A stretch of DNA of 64,000 nucleotides from the human T2T-CHM13v2.0 reference genome, Homo sapiens. The stretch lies in NCBI RefSeq assembly GCF_009914755.1, contig NC_060931.1; one strand, 5' to 3'. Shown here one piece after another: positions 38,175 through 56,945 of the stretch. Under the pieces are notes generated by a model. That model saw only the letters and a list, made by a program, of their open reading frames with translations. It had not been told where the DNA came from and ran no database searches. The translations under genes were made by a program, and so were the position numbers. The first letter of the stretch is position 1; the number at the start of each line of letters is the position of its first letter.

Positions 38175-39211
38175 ATGGGGAGAAACCAGAGCAGAAAAAC
38201 TGAAAATTCTAAAAACCAGAGCACCTCTACTCCTCCAAAGGATCACAGCTCCCCGCCAGCAACAGAACAAAGCTGGATGGAGAATGACTTTGACAAGCTA
38301 ACAGAAGTAGGCTTCAGACAAACTTCTGAAGTTTAACAAACTTCTCTGAGCTAAAGGAGGATGTTCGAACCTATCGCAGGGAAGCTAAAAACCTTGAAAA
38401 AAGATGAGATGAATGGCTAACAAGAATAAACAGTGTAGAAAAGACCTGAAATGACCTGATGGAGCTGAAAACCATGGCACGAGAACTGTGTGACGCATGC
38501 ACAAGCTTCAATAGCCAATTCCATCAAATGGAAGAAAGGGTATCACTGATTGAAGATCAAATGAATGAAATAAAGAGAGAAGAGAAGTTTAGAGAAAAAA
38601 CAGAAAAAAAAACAAACAAAGCCTCCAAGAAATATGGGAATATGGGACTATGTGAAAAGACTAAATCTACATTTGATTGGTGTACCTGAAAGTGACGGGG
38701 AGAATGGAACCAAGTTGGAAAACACTCTTCAGGGTATTATCCAGAAGAACTTCCCCAACCTAGCAAGGCAGGCAAACATTCAAATACAGGAAATACAGAG
38801 AACACCACAAAGATACTCCTTGAGAAGAGCAACCCCAAGACACATAATCGTCAAGTTCACCAACGTTGAAATGAAGGAAAAAATGTTAAAGGCAGCCAGA
38901 GAGAAAGGTCGGGTTACCCAAAAAGGGAAGCCCATCAGACTAACAGTGGATTTCTCTGCAGAAACCCTACAAGCCAGAAGAGAGTGGGGGCCAATATTCA
39001 ACATTCTTAAAGAAAATAATTTTCAACCAAGAATTTCATTCCAGCCAAACTAAGCTCCATAAGTGAAGGAGAAATAAAATCCTTTACAGACAAGCAAATG
39101 CTGAGAGATTTTGTCACCACCAGGCCTGCCTTGCAAGAGCTCCTGAAGGAAGCACTAAACATGGAAAGGAATAACCGGTACCAGCCACTGCAAAAACATG
39201 CCAAATTGTAA
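38175..39211 (+). pseudogene. L1 ORF1p, disrupted
   Basis: ATGGGGAGAAACCAG start; fragments IWDYVKRLNLHLIGVPE and ARREWGPIF; several stops and frameshifts. Confidence 0.93.
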
Positions 39212-39274
39212 AGACCATCGATGCTAGGAAGAAACTGCATCAACTAATGGGCAAAATAACCAACTACCATCATA

Positions 39275-43061
<3,787 letters not shown>

Positions 43062-43415
43062 ACAATGAGAACACTTGGACACAGAGCGGGGAACATCACA
43101 CCCTGGGGCCTGTCATTGGGTTGTGGGAGGGCAGGGGAAGGGATAGCATTAGGAGAAGTACCTAATGTAAATGATGAGTTAATGGGTGCAGCAAACCAAC
43201 ATGGCACATGTATACCTATGCAACAAACCTGCACTTTGTGCACATATACCCTAGGACTTAAAAGCATAATTAAAAAAAAAAGAAAAAAAAAGAAAATTAA
43301 TGCACAGCTTCAATAGCAATGTTTCCTAAGCCAGATACCTCTGTTTTCTGCTGTGTTTGCTATATTCACCACTGTTCATGCAGTTCTTGATACAATGCCT
43401 GCTGTGCAAAACTCA

Positions 43416-43758
<343 letters not shown>

Positions 43759-45074
43759 GGAATGACTCTCACAATTCAATATTTCACTTTTTCAAGTCCC
43801 ATAGTAGCTCTTTTTTTTATTCTAAGTTAAAGAAAAGGTGAATTTTTCTAAATAGCAATATAGAAATAATAATATATTTGGGATTCTTTACTGCATCTAA
43901 TTTTGAATTACCCATACCTGCATGTTTGGTGGAGCTGGAACTATTCAGATTTCTATTCATTGGGATACATTTAACCCATATTACATGCTTATAGAGCAAA
44001 GACATCAAACAAACTGTTTTAGAATATGAGATGTTAAAGAAAAACATGATCTCAAATCCTAGGCAAACGCAGTGCAGCATATGAATGTGTTGGGTAGTAG
44101 CTTTCATGTATAGCAGAATAGCGTTAGGCATGTTGCAAAGTTCTAGTATCAATTTCCAACAATTTCCTTTTTATCAATTCCTGTGATCATCTCTGAGAAG
44201 CCTCTAACATAATGTGTCTTCTGCTAACACTACTGGCACAGCATTATCCACAGACTTTTTACATGCTAATCCTAGCCACAGACCTTTGGTGATTCTTTCC
44301 CTTATCATCCACTCCCTGGGCTCTTTGGTGTGGGATTGAAGAAGAGAAGCCTCAGAGAAGCATTGCTTCTGAGGAAGAACTAGATACGTGGCGAAGGTGT
44401 AGTATGTTTGAGAGACAATACAGTGAAAGGAACGAATGAAACAAGAGGTGAAAATTAAGGAACTTGAGAAAATGAAAGCAAAACAAGACACCTGACTGGT
44501 CTTCTGCTCACTGTCCCTTCCATCCATTAAAGAAACTACACAGAGGGGAGCATAAGTGACAGAATAATGTGATTTTAAACATTCCACACTGTCAAAAATA
44601 TGAGTAGGAATAGAAAAAAAATCAGACTGCACTCATGTAAAACTACTACAAAAAATCAGTAAATAGAAGTCTCTGCTGATTAAAAGCCTTTTCATAAAAG
44701 CATTCATGAAGCTGACAAAAAGGTATAACACTCCAAACTGCACAAAAAAGTTTGTGTATGGGAAAAATTACTTAGACTCAGAAAAACAAGAACTAAGAAC
44801 AGGAATGGAAAGACAACAAGAATAAATAAAAGGGAAGTTAATTGAGCTCAGGAAAGAAATAGAAGAAAACTATAAATTTATATCAGACATGAAAGCACAT
44901 GGAGAACTAATGCAAAAAAAATCAGGAAGCAAAATTTTACACATATCAAGTAATGAAAATACAAGCAAAATAATAATCATAAAACAGACTGTAACTCTAA
45001 GTTGATGATCAAATAGAATCAAATATAATGAGTCATTAGTGAAAATAAAAGATCACCTTGAATCAGAAATTCTA

Positions 45075-45390
<316 letters not shown>

Positions 45391-45534
45391 TTAAATCTAA
45401 AAGCAGAAATGGACAAAGAAGAAGAGAGAAATATAAAAGAGTTGACTAACTCAGGAAAGAAGTGGAAGAAAAAGACAATTTTCTGAGAAATGAAGAAATA
45501 AATTGCAAGTAGCCAAGAGATAATAGATTTGAAT

Positions 45535-45645
45535 GGCCAGGTGTGGTGGCTCATGACTTGAATCTTAGCACTTTGAGAGGCCTAGGAAGGTGGATTGCTT
45601 GAGCCTAAAGTTTCAAGATCAGCCTGGGCAACATAGTGAGACATG
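45535..45645 (+). mobile_element. FLAM/AluJ left monomer
   Basis: GGCCAGGTGTGGTGGCTCATG...CCTGGGCAACATAGTGAGAC. Confidence 0.8.
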
Positions 45646-46535
45646 TCACTCTCTCTATATATCATAAAGGAAAATTTAATAAAAGGTATTGAAGAAAGGT
45701 GAAAGGCAATCAAGGAAAAAGACATAACATAGAGAAGAGAGTTTTAGAAAAAAGTCAAAGAGAAAGTCATAGAAATGGACAACTGCTAGAGAAGCAGTAA
45801 TATTCATATTATCAGAATACATAAAGAAGAAAAATAATGGAAGAGAAGTTATCTAGTAACTGAAGTTATTATTCACAAAAACTTTCCATACACAGTGAAA
45901 TGGTTCCTTGTGTACCTGAGAAGATTAAAGCTGAATGACCAACTTCTGGACATCTTCTAGACAAATTACCAAAAATACAGATAATTTCCTCAATATCCAT
46001 TTCCTCCGGGAAATGGATAATTTACAAAGACAAAGGAATTAGACTAATTCCTTTTAACATCCACTTGTAAAGCAAGGAGACAATGGAGCAGCACTTTCAG
46101 AAAACTCAGTGAAAGAAAATGTGAACCGGGGATTTTATGTACAGCCAAACTGTCCTTCACGCATCAACCAATATATAGTTTTTAACATACAAGAATTTAG
46201 GAAATACTGAGACAATCATTCCTTCCTAAGTAGACCTTCCTAATCTACTGGAGAGATGAGCTTCATCCAACAGAGTGATGACTGGGGAAAATTCAGACAA
46301 AGCATTGATATGAGCATTATAAAATATATATATATATATTATAATATATATAATATATAAAGTATATACATGTTTATATATCAGTGAGCATTATAAAATA
46401 TATAAATAAGATAAAGCATTATAAAATATATAAATAAAATAAAGTTTGGAATAAGTATAGAAAAACAATATCCAAATGTTATATATTATGACAAAGTAGA
46501 AATAAAGCATTCATTAAAAATAGAAGGGAGAGGGA

Positions 46536-46852
46536 GCCGGGCGCGGTGGCTCATGCCTGTAGTCCCAGCACTTTGGGAGGCCGAGGCGGGCAGATCACGA
46601 GGTCAGATGATCGAGACCATCCTGGCTAACACGGTGAAACCCCTTCTCTACTAAAAATACAAAAAAATTAGCCGGGCATGGTGACGGGTGCCTGTAGTCC
46701 CAGCTACTCAGGAGGCTGAGGCAGGAGAATGGTGTTAACCTGGGGGCAGAGCCTGCAGTGAGCCGAGATCGTGCCACTGCACTTCAGCCTAGGCGACAGA
46801 GAAAGACTCCGTCTCAAAAAATAATAAATAAATAAATAAATAAATAATAAAT
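46536..46852 (+). mobile_element. AluY (Ye-like positions)
   Basis: GGGGGCAGAGCCTGCAGTG; about 20-bp TSD AAAAATAGAAGGGAGAGGGA (46516-46535, 46853-46872). Confidence 0.93.
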
Positions 46853-47974
46853 AAAAATAGAAGGGAGAGGGAACTAAGAAATAGATGAAGTTATTGTTAT
46901 ATGTTAATCGGTGGTATTTACAGATTCCAAACACCAAAACAAAAAAACCGTGATATATCAAATAGTAAAGGTTAAATAAGAAAAATAAGGGGGGGATTAG
47001 GACATGTAAAAAACTATAAATGCAAAACTAGTTAATAAAACAAAATTACAAATATTCCTAAATGCCAAAAACTGGAATATATATCTAAAATACATAAGCA
47101 CATAAATATACAATATTTATATTAAAAAGGAAATATATGGAAAGTATATATTTACATCATCTATCTATATTCACATGTCTATAAAGAATACACATATAGA
47201 GAGAAGCATACAAAATAAAATACATATAATCATAAAATATTTTGATAGTGAAGATGACACATATTGGTCATAATAAATCAACTTATCTATTACAAGAATA
47301 AGATGCTCAATTTAGTTCACAAAATGTACCCCAACTCTGTGGTGTATTCAAGAGACACAAAGTAATTCAGAAAAGCTAAAAATAAAGAAACAGACTCATT
47401 TATACCAGGCAAATGGAAACAAAAAGAGCAGGTTAGCAATCCTAATGTCAGAAAAATAATTAAATCCCAAAGACATTAGATGTGACAAAGAAGGTGTTTT
47501 TTTTTTTCTAACACTAAAGGCTACAGTTCACAGTGAAGATAAAATACCTGTGGCTATCTATATGCACAAATAAAATAGCAATCATCTTTATGAAACAAAA
47601 CTACAGGGAGGACAAGGAGACTTACTTAGAAATACACTAATAATAGGAGACTTTAATATACCTCTCACAGTATAAGATAGATAAAGTTGACAAAAAAATG
47701 AGATAGACAATTTAAACAACATAATCGATTGAGCAGATCTTGTGGATGTACATCAAACCGTACAACATGATAATAGAGTATATGTATTCTTCTCAGGTGC
47801 ACATGACATGGATCACGTGTTAGGAAATGAAGAACATGTCAGTAACTCTTAAAAACCAGAAATATTGTAAGGCACACCTTCTGGTCACAAGGCAACAAAA
47901 CTATAATTTGCTACAAAAACAAAAGTAGCAACAAAAGGAAAGTCTCTTCTATCTAGACCTTAAAACAATTCCTA

Positions 47975-48841
<867 letters not shown>

Positions 48842-48865
48842 TTCTATTAAAAGCTCCTGGATGTA

Positions 48866-49157
48866 GACCAGGCATGGTGGCTCACACCTGTAATTCCAGC
48901 ACTTTAGGAGGCCAAGACCAGGAGTTCGAGATCAGACTGGCTAACATGGTGAAACCCTGTCTCTACTAAAACAAATACAAAAATTAGGCGGATGTGGTGG
49001 CACATGCCTGTAATCCTAGCTACTCAGGAGGCTGAGCCATGAGAATTGCTTGAACCCAGGAGGTAGAGGTTGCAGTGAGCTGAGATCAGGCCACTGCATT
49101 CCAACCTGGGGGACAGAGTGAGACTCTGCCTCAAAAACAAACAAACAAACAAACAAA
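48866..49157 (+). mobile_element. AluS with left-arm deletion
   Basis: CTCCTGGATG on both flanks; (CAAA)n tail. Confidence 0.92.
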
Positions 49158-49867
49158 TCTCCTGGATGAAAGGGAAAACACAAACTGAAATGACAGATTT
49201 ATGAAAATTCCTTGCTCTAAACACATTTTTCAATAAAAATGAGAGAAGACAAATAAATAAATTAAATTTTCAGCTCAAAACACTAGAGGAAAGAACAGCA
49301 ACATAAATAAAAATAGGACACAAGATTGTTACCAAAATATTTCAGTTCTGTTTTTAAAGTTGCAAATGGGGGTGTCGGAGAAAATTTAGTTCTGAAATGC
49401 CAATCTGATCTTCTAATAATTTTTACTTTATGTCTTTATTCCTCAAACCACCACAGCAATGGCATGAGCAACATTTTCTCTAATAGCACTTATGGTTCTC
49501 AGCCTTTTCTAGTAAGACATTATCAGATGTGCTACTACTGCCCAGGAAGGAATGACTCTTTAGATCAAAGAATGTATGAATGATGACATGTTTGGGGGTA
49601 TTTGCAATTAATTAAACTAGTATGCAAAGGCTTCTAAGTCAAAAGGAAGAAGGGATTCAGAAGAAAGCCTTTTCCTCTCTGCAATTTTTTTTTCTCTACT
49701 TGTCTTGTAAGATAGCAAAGAGTCAAATGAACCTTTTCATATACTAGTTGAACTATCCAGGATTGAAATGACAACCAGATCAAATCTATCTAAGTGTAGT
49801 TATAAATTACAGAAGGCAGAAGCAATGTCAAATATAGACGTGAGGCACATGATCCAATGCAGAGTCA

Positions 49868-50218
<351 letters not shown>

Positions 50219-50614
50219 TTAGCCTGAGATCTTCTTGAAGAAAAAAATTCATATTTGAAAAAGTCATTAAGATGTGCATTTCTCAGTTAACTTTGTCTTT
50301 GTATAAGTAACAGGAGGATACACTGGGGAAGGAAGGAAGGATGAGAGAGTGAGAGAAAAAGAAAAGAAAGAAAACCTCTTTATATTAATTCCTCTGCTAG
50401 ATGCTTTTGTGTATATCATCTTATTTAATGTGCACCCAAATAGTGTAAAATGATGTCATTTGCCCTCTATTTTATGTTTTAGGGAAATGACTCTTTTAGA
50501 GATTTACAAGGTTATTATGCTAATAGATGACTGAAGTGCAATAGAAGTTCATATTTTTCTGAATTCAAAGCAAAATCATCTTTATATAACTCTGCCTTTG
50601 TTTTCCCCTGTTCC

Positions 50615-51110
50615 TCTCATTCTTCCTTCTTTCACTCCATAAATATTTCCTGACTGCCAGTGTGCCAGGTACTGTTCTAGGCATGAGGGGTGGAGCAATG
50701 AACCAGACAAAGTCCTTGCTCTCATAGAACATACATTTTAATGGAGGAGACTGAACATGAACAGATGTATAAAGAAGAAAAGGATCAGATTGTGATATAC
50801 AATACGAAGATAATTAAGCTAGTATAATAAGAGAGGGTGATTGCATGACTGCTTTAGATTGCAAGGCAGGGCAGATTGCTCTGAGAAGAGGATGTCGCTC
50901 CAAGGACAGATATTAACAAGGAATGAGTTTCTGTGTTTGAGGAGCAGAAAGAAGGCTAGTGGCTCTGGAGTGTAGGGAATGGGAGAGAACGATCTGAAAT
51001 AGGTCACAGAGGTTAGTAGCAGCCTGATTGAGTAAAAGTTTGTAAATTGCAGTACAGAATGTGGGTTCCATCTTGAGGATGGTGGAAACTTTTAAACTGG
51101 AATTTAAGAC
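50615..51110 (-). mobile_element. L2 fragment
   Basis: AAATATTT..GTGCCAGGTACTGTTCTAGGC..AGACAAAGTCCTTGCTCTCATAGA. Confidence 0.75.
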
Positions 51111-52259
51111 CTATTTTAAGTTTTGACATATCACACTAGAGCAGTGGGATCATAATAATGCAAGCTTTAAATCCTCCCCAGTCATCTTCAACCAAGTGGA
51201 TCATCTAGGACAGCAAAGGGAAAAAATCCTATAGACTATATTTTCAGCAAAATGATGGGCAAAGATTGTTTAATATCTTTATGGGCTCCAAGTTGCGGAA
51301 AAGGGGAAAAAAAAAACACTGCACACGGATATAGACAGGTCAGTGCTGTGATAGTCTAAAGGGCTTATCTTTGCTCTCAAAATTATCTGGCAAAAACTTC
51401 CTCCCAACGGGTCTAAACCTCACCTCATGGATACAGAATCAAAATGGAGCAAGACAATGATGCGATTAAGGGAGAGAGACGCCTAAAAGAAAGAGATCCT
51501 GGTAAATACTGAGCAAGAAAATCATTCTATCTAAAGATGAGAGCATTTCCCAGGACGGCAAGGCCATTGGAGCTCTAGAAAACATAGGACTCCAAACACA
51601 GAAAACATTCTTGACCCAGATCCAGCTCTGAGAGAGAGAGAGAGAGAGAGAAGGCTGGCAAGGCAGTGAGACCATGTTCCAGTCCTTTCGGTAGTAGTTA
51701 AGAAGCTCTTGAGCTATGAAGTTGTGAAACCACCACGGCCCATCCCCTTTCTCTCACAGAAAAATCTAGTTGTTGAAACATGGAAACCAAGAAGGAATAT
51801 GATAAGACCCTGTACAGAATCACAAAAAGAAAAGTAGATATAAACATACCAGATGACATTCTGATAGATAATGAAAGCATACCAGAAACAGGACCACAAA
51901 GCAGACAAAACATGTAACCATATTCCTAATGATTCAAAAGACATTTTAAAAATGTGGCTTTGAAAGAAGGGCACATATCAGAACCAGAACAACTTAGAAA
52001 TAATATGATTAGGCAATACAAATGAAATGATACAGTTAGGCAACAAATATGAAATGAGGGACTGACATACACAGAAAAGGAATGAAATTCTGAAATAAAA
52101 CACAAATAAGAAGGTATATAAGATAGACATCATGGAAAACATAAGGGCAACATGGGAAATAAAGGAAAAAGGTGAAAATTGGGAAGTAAAGGATAAAGGG
52201 AATTTTTTTCAGAAGAAATAAAATGGATTTGAGGGCAAGTTATGCATAAAAAAAGTCTA

Positions 52260-52858
52260 TTAGTTTCAACCATTGGGGAAGACAGTGTGGCAATTCCTCG
52301 AGGGTCTAGAACCAGAAATACCATTTGACCCAGCAATCCCATTACTGGGTATATGCCCAAAGACATATAAATCACTCTACTATAAAGACACATGCACATT
52401 TATGTTTATTGCAGCACTGTTCCCAATAGCAAAGACTTGGAACCAACCAAAATGCCTATCAATGATAGACTGGTTAAAGAAAATGTGGCACATATACACC
52501 ATGGAATACTATGAAGCCATAAAAAAGAATGAGTTCATGTCCTTTGCAGGGACATGGATGAAGCTGGAAGTCAACATTCTCTGCAAACTAATACAAGAAG
52601 AGAAAACCAAACACCGCATGTCCTCACTCATAAGTGGGAGTTGAATAATGAGAACACACGGACACAGGGAGGGGCACATCACACATGGGGGTCTGTCAGG
52701 GGTGAGGGGCTAGCGGAGGGATAGCATTAGGGAGAAATACCTAATGTAGATGGCGGGTTGATGGGTGTAGCAAACTGCCATGGCAAGTGTATACCTATGT
52801 GACCATCCTGCACATTCTGCACATGTATCCCAGAACTTAAAGTATAATAAAAAAAAAA
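52260..52858 (+). mobile_element. Truncated L1PA7-like 3' end
   Basis: ORF 52273-52644 is the ORF2 C-terminus (EIPFDPAIPLLGI...SLISGS), then 3'UTR and poly-A. Confidence 0.92.
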
Positions 52859-53825
52859 GGAAAGAAGATCAAATATTCATATAATTGGTGATACTGAAGC
52901 AGAGCTGTGGAAGAGAATAAATCTTAAGAAAACTCAATTTTTCCCTAAAATAAAAGAATTGAAATTTTATATTCAAAGGGCACATCATACATCTTGGAAA
53001 CACAACCCCAAACACAGAACAGAGAGATGTACCCTAGTAAAACTAAACGGTTTTAAGAAAAGAACTGAGAATCGAGGCAAAGAGCTATGCTATTTAAAAA
53101 GAAAAGGAAATGATATTTGGATGATATCCTGACAGTCTTTTTTTAATAGAAATTTCAAAAATACAAAACAATGAAAAAAACATGTTTAAGGTATTTATTG
53201 AAAAATATGAAACAGAATTTTTATTGTCATTAAAAATATCCTTTAATTATAAAGGCCCCATACAAATACTTATGAATATGGAAAGATCCTGTGAAGACTG
53301 ATCTAATGAACCTTTCCTGAAGAATCTGTTAGAGAATGAGCATTAGACAAACTCATGTGACTGGAGAAGCTTCAATATAAAGTCTGGGAGTGATCATTTA
53401 ATAAATTTAACTATGGAACTCAACTAAAACACAGGTATCTGGTAACAAAAATAGGTAAACATTTTGTGCTCTAACAATATAGAGATAATAAAATTAGCAA
53501 AAATGTAGGACGTGAGGGGAAGGTTAAGTGAAATGTAAGAACTTATTGATTGTGTTATGTGTATTAGCTGGGAGTAAAAGAAAAGCCTTTGAAACTCAAC
53601 ACCTAGTTATAGAAGTTAAATATGTTTAAAAGCACTCTTGATAACACTAAGGCAATACTAGGTGACTAAAACAGTATAGTGAGGGAGAAGGAAGGAAGGG
53701 AGAAAAAAATTACAGTAATTTCACTACTGGTCATAATGGGGAAATGGGAATCTGTGAGTTTATCTAAAGAAAGAGGACAAAGTATATTCTGTAAAGGTGT
53801 TAGTAACAATTAGAATAAAATTACA

Positions 53826-55589
53826 TTTTCTTTTTTAGTTGAACTTTTATTTTAGATTCAAGGAGTACATATGCAGTTTGTTACACGAGTATATTGTGTG
53901 ACGCTGAGGTTTGGATTACAGTTGAACCCCTCACCCAGGTAGTGATCACAGGACTTCATCAAAGAGTTCTGAAAGGAGTTTTAACCTTTGGCCCTTCTCT
54001 CCCCCGCTTGCAGTTGCCAATGTCTATTGCTCTCATTTGTATATCCATGTGTACCCAATGTTTAGCTCCAATTTATATGTGAGAACAGTAAAAACAAAAA
54101 CAAAAATATATGTGAGAACACGTGGTATTTGGTTTTCTGTTCTTGCATTAATTTGCTTAGGATAACCTCCAGCTGCATCCATGTTGCTGCAGAGGACATA
54201 ATTTTATTCCTGTTTATGGCTGCATAGTATTTCATGGTGTATTTCTACCACTTTTCTTTATCCAATCCACTGTTGATGGCACCTAGGTTAATTCCATGTC
54301 TCTGCTATTGTGAGTGATGCTGCAATGAACATATGAGTGCATGTGTCTTTTTGGTAGAACGATTTATTTTCCTTTGAGTATATACCCAGTAATAGGATTG
54401 CTGAGTCAAATGGTCCTCAGATTTAAGTTCTTTGAGAAATCTCCAGATTGCTTTCCACAGTGGCTGAACTAATTTGCATTCCCACCAGCAGTGTATAAGC
54501 ATTCCCTTTTCTTTATGGCCTTGCCAACATCTGTTATTTTTTGACTTTTTAATAATAGCCATTCTGACTGGTGTGAGATGATGTCTCATTGTGGTTTTGA
54601 TTTGCATTTCTCTGATGATTAGTGATGCTCGGCATTTTTTCATATGTGTTTGCTGCCTGTATAACTTCTTGTGAAAAGTATCCATTCATGACTTTTGCCA
54701 ATTTTAATGGGGTTGCTTTTGTTTGTTGATTTGTTTAAGTTTCTCATAGATTCTGGATAGTAGATCTTTGTCAGATGCATAGTTTGCAAATATTTTTTGT
54801 CATTCTATAGTTTGCCTGTTTACTCTGTTAATAGATTCTTTTGCTGTGCAGAAGCTCTTTAGTTTAATTAGGTTCCCCTTTAATTTTTGTTTTTGTTGCA
54901 ATTACTTTTGAGGACTTAATCATAAATTATTTGCCAAGGCCAATGTCCAGAAGGGTATTTCCTAGGTTTTCTTCTAGGATTTTTATAGTTTTAAATCTTA
55001 CATTTAAGTTTTTATTCACCTTGAGTTAATTTTTTGTATATGGTCACAGGTAGCAGTTTAGTTCCATTCTTCTGGATATGGATAGCCAAATATCTCAGCA
55101 CAATTTACTGAATACGGTATTTTTTTTACCCATTATTTATTTTTATCAACTTTGTCAAAGATCAGTTGTTGTAAATGTGTGGCTTTATTTCTGGGTTTTC
55201 CATTCTGTCCCATTGATCTATATGTCTGTTTTTATATTAGTACCATGATGTTTTGGTTATTGTAGCCTTGTAGTATAGTTTGAAGTCAGGTAATATGATG
55301 CTTCTGGCTTTGTTCTTTTTTGCTTAGAATTGCTTTGGCTATTCAAGCTCTTTTTTGGTTCTGTATAAATTTTAGAATAGTTTTTCTTTCTAATTCTTTG
55401 AAAAATGACATTGGTATTTGAGAGAAAGAGTAGTGAATCTGTAGATTGCTTTAGGCAGCATGGCCATTTTAAGGGTATTGATTCTTCCAATCTATGAGCA
55501 TGGAATGATTTTTTTATTATTTTGTGTCATCTATGATTTCTTTTAGCAGTGTTCTGTAGTTCTTCTTGCAGAGATCTTTCACTTTCTTG
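53826..55589 (-). mobile_element. Truncated L1PA16/L1PB-like element
   Basis: Minus ORF 54305-54685 ([19 protein letters not shown]); TAAAATTACA on both flanks (53816-53825, 55590-55599). Confidence 0.9.
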
Positions 55590-55612
55590 TAAAATTACAA
55601 CACTTTCTACTT

Positions 55613-55615
<3 letters not shown>

Positions 55616-55643
<28 letters not shown>

Positions 55644-55654
55644 CACACACACAC
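55616..55654. repeat. (CA)n microsatellite
   Basis: Direct reading. Confidence 0.95.
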
Positions 55655-56278
55655 AGATCACATACAAATACCCCTCCTGACAGAAGAGCAAGGAAAACAA
55701 ACACACAGTGAAAGATTTTTATTGTATAAATAAACATACATTATATTATCTCAGATATTAAATAACAAGATTTGCAGACTAAGCAAAACCCAATGCTTTA
55801 TATTACTCCTGAAACGTATCTAAAATGAATGATTCAGAAAGGTTAAATACAAAAGGATGCTAAAAACTGTACCAGAAACATTTAAGGAAAAAGAAAGTGG
55901 AGGTCATAATTTTTATATTAGACAAAAATAGAATTCAGATCAAAGAACATTAAATAAGACAGAAGAGAGGCACTTTACACTTCTAAAGGCTAAAATTTAT
56001 GATGAAGATGGAATAGTTATTAAGAGTTATGCACTTAGTAACAAAGCATCAACTTGCATAAAGCAAAAACTATAGGAAAAGAAGAAATACAATAAACACA
56101 CTGAAAACACAGAACTTTAACCATATTTTCAGAGTACTCTCACAGTTCAAAGACCAAAAAAATCCATAAGGATATAAATATATAATGAATAAGAAACTTA
56201 TTTTCAATCACATGTGAACCAATTATGAAACTGATTAATGAATAGGCCTCAAATAAAACATCAGTAAATTCCAAATTT

Positions 56279-56380
56279 TATATGTGTATGTATATATATG
56301 CATATTTGTGCATATATGTATATATGTGCATATATGTATATGTGCACATATATGTATATGTGCACACACATACATACACA
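56279..56380. repeat. Degenerate (TA/TG/CA)n low-complexity repeat
   Basis: Direct reading; ATATGTGCATATATGT-like units. Confidence 0.85.
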
Positions 56381-56613
56381 GCATTCTCTGATAATTATGC
56401 AATAAAACTAGAAATTAACAATAAAGTAAGAAACAAAAATGACCTACCACATGGGTATGAAAAAGAAATAAATGACTAGCCTGGTAAGAATTAACACTTT
56501 AGAAAATGAATGACTAAGAAGCAGGATTTGCTGATGGATTGGATATGGTTAGGTACTATAGAGAGGTACCAGGACATCAACTAGATTTTGGGCTTAAGAA
56601 ACTGGAACTAGTT

Positions 56614-56945
<332 letters not shown>

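Larger units (their letters stand above)
51700..56480 (+). mobile_element. Second ancient L1M (ORF1 to ORF2 endonuclease remnants) with nested L1s
   Basis: A-rich strand; TTCTCTGATAATTATGCAATAAAACTAGAAATT (FSD..AIKLEI) at 56384. Confidence 0.6.

Noticed and set aside
44204-44632. 142-aa minus ORF
   Set aside because: Non-ATG start and antisense to A-rich, L1M-like sequence, which is stop-poor on that strand
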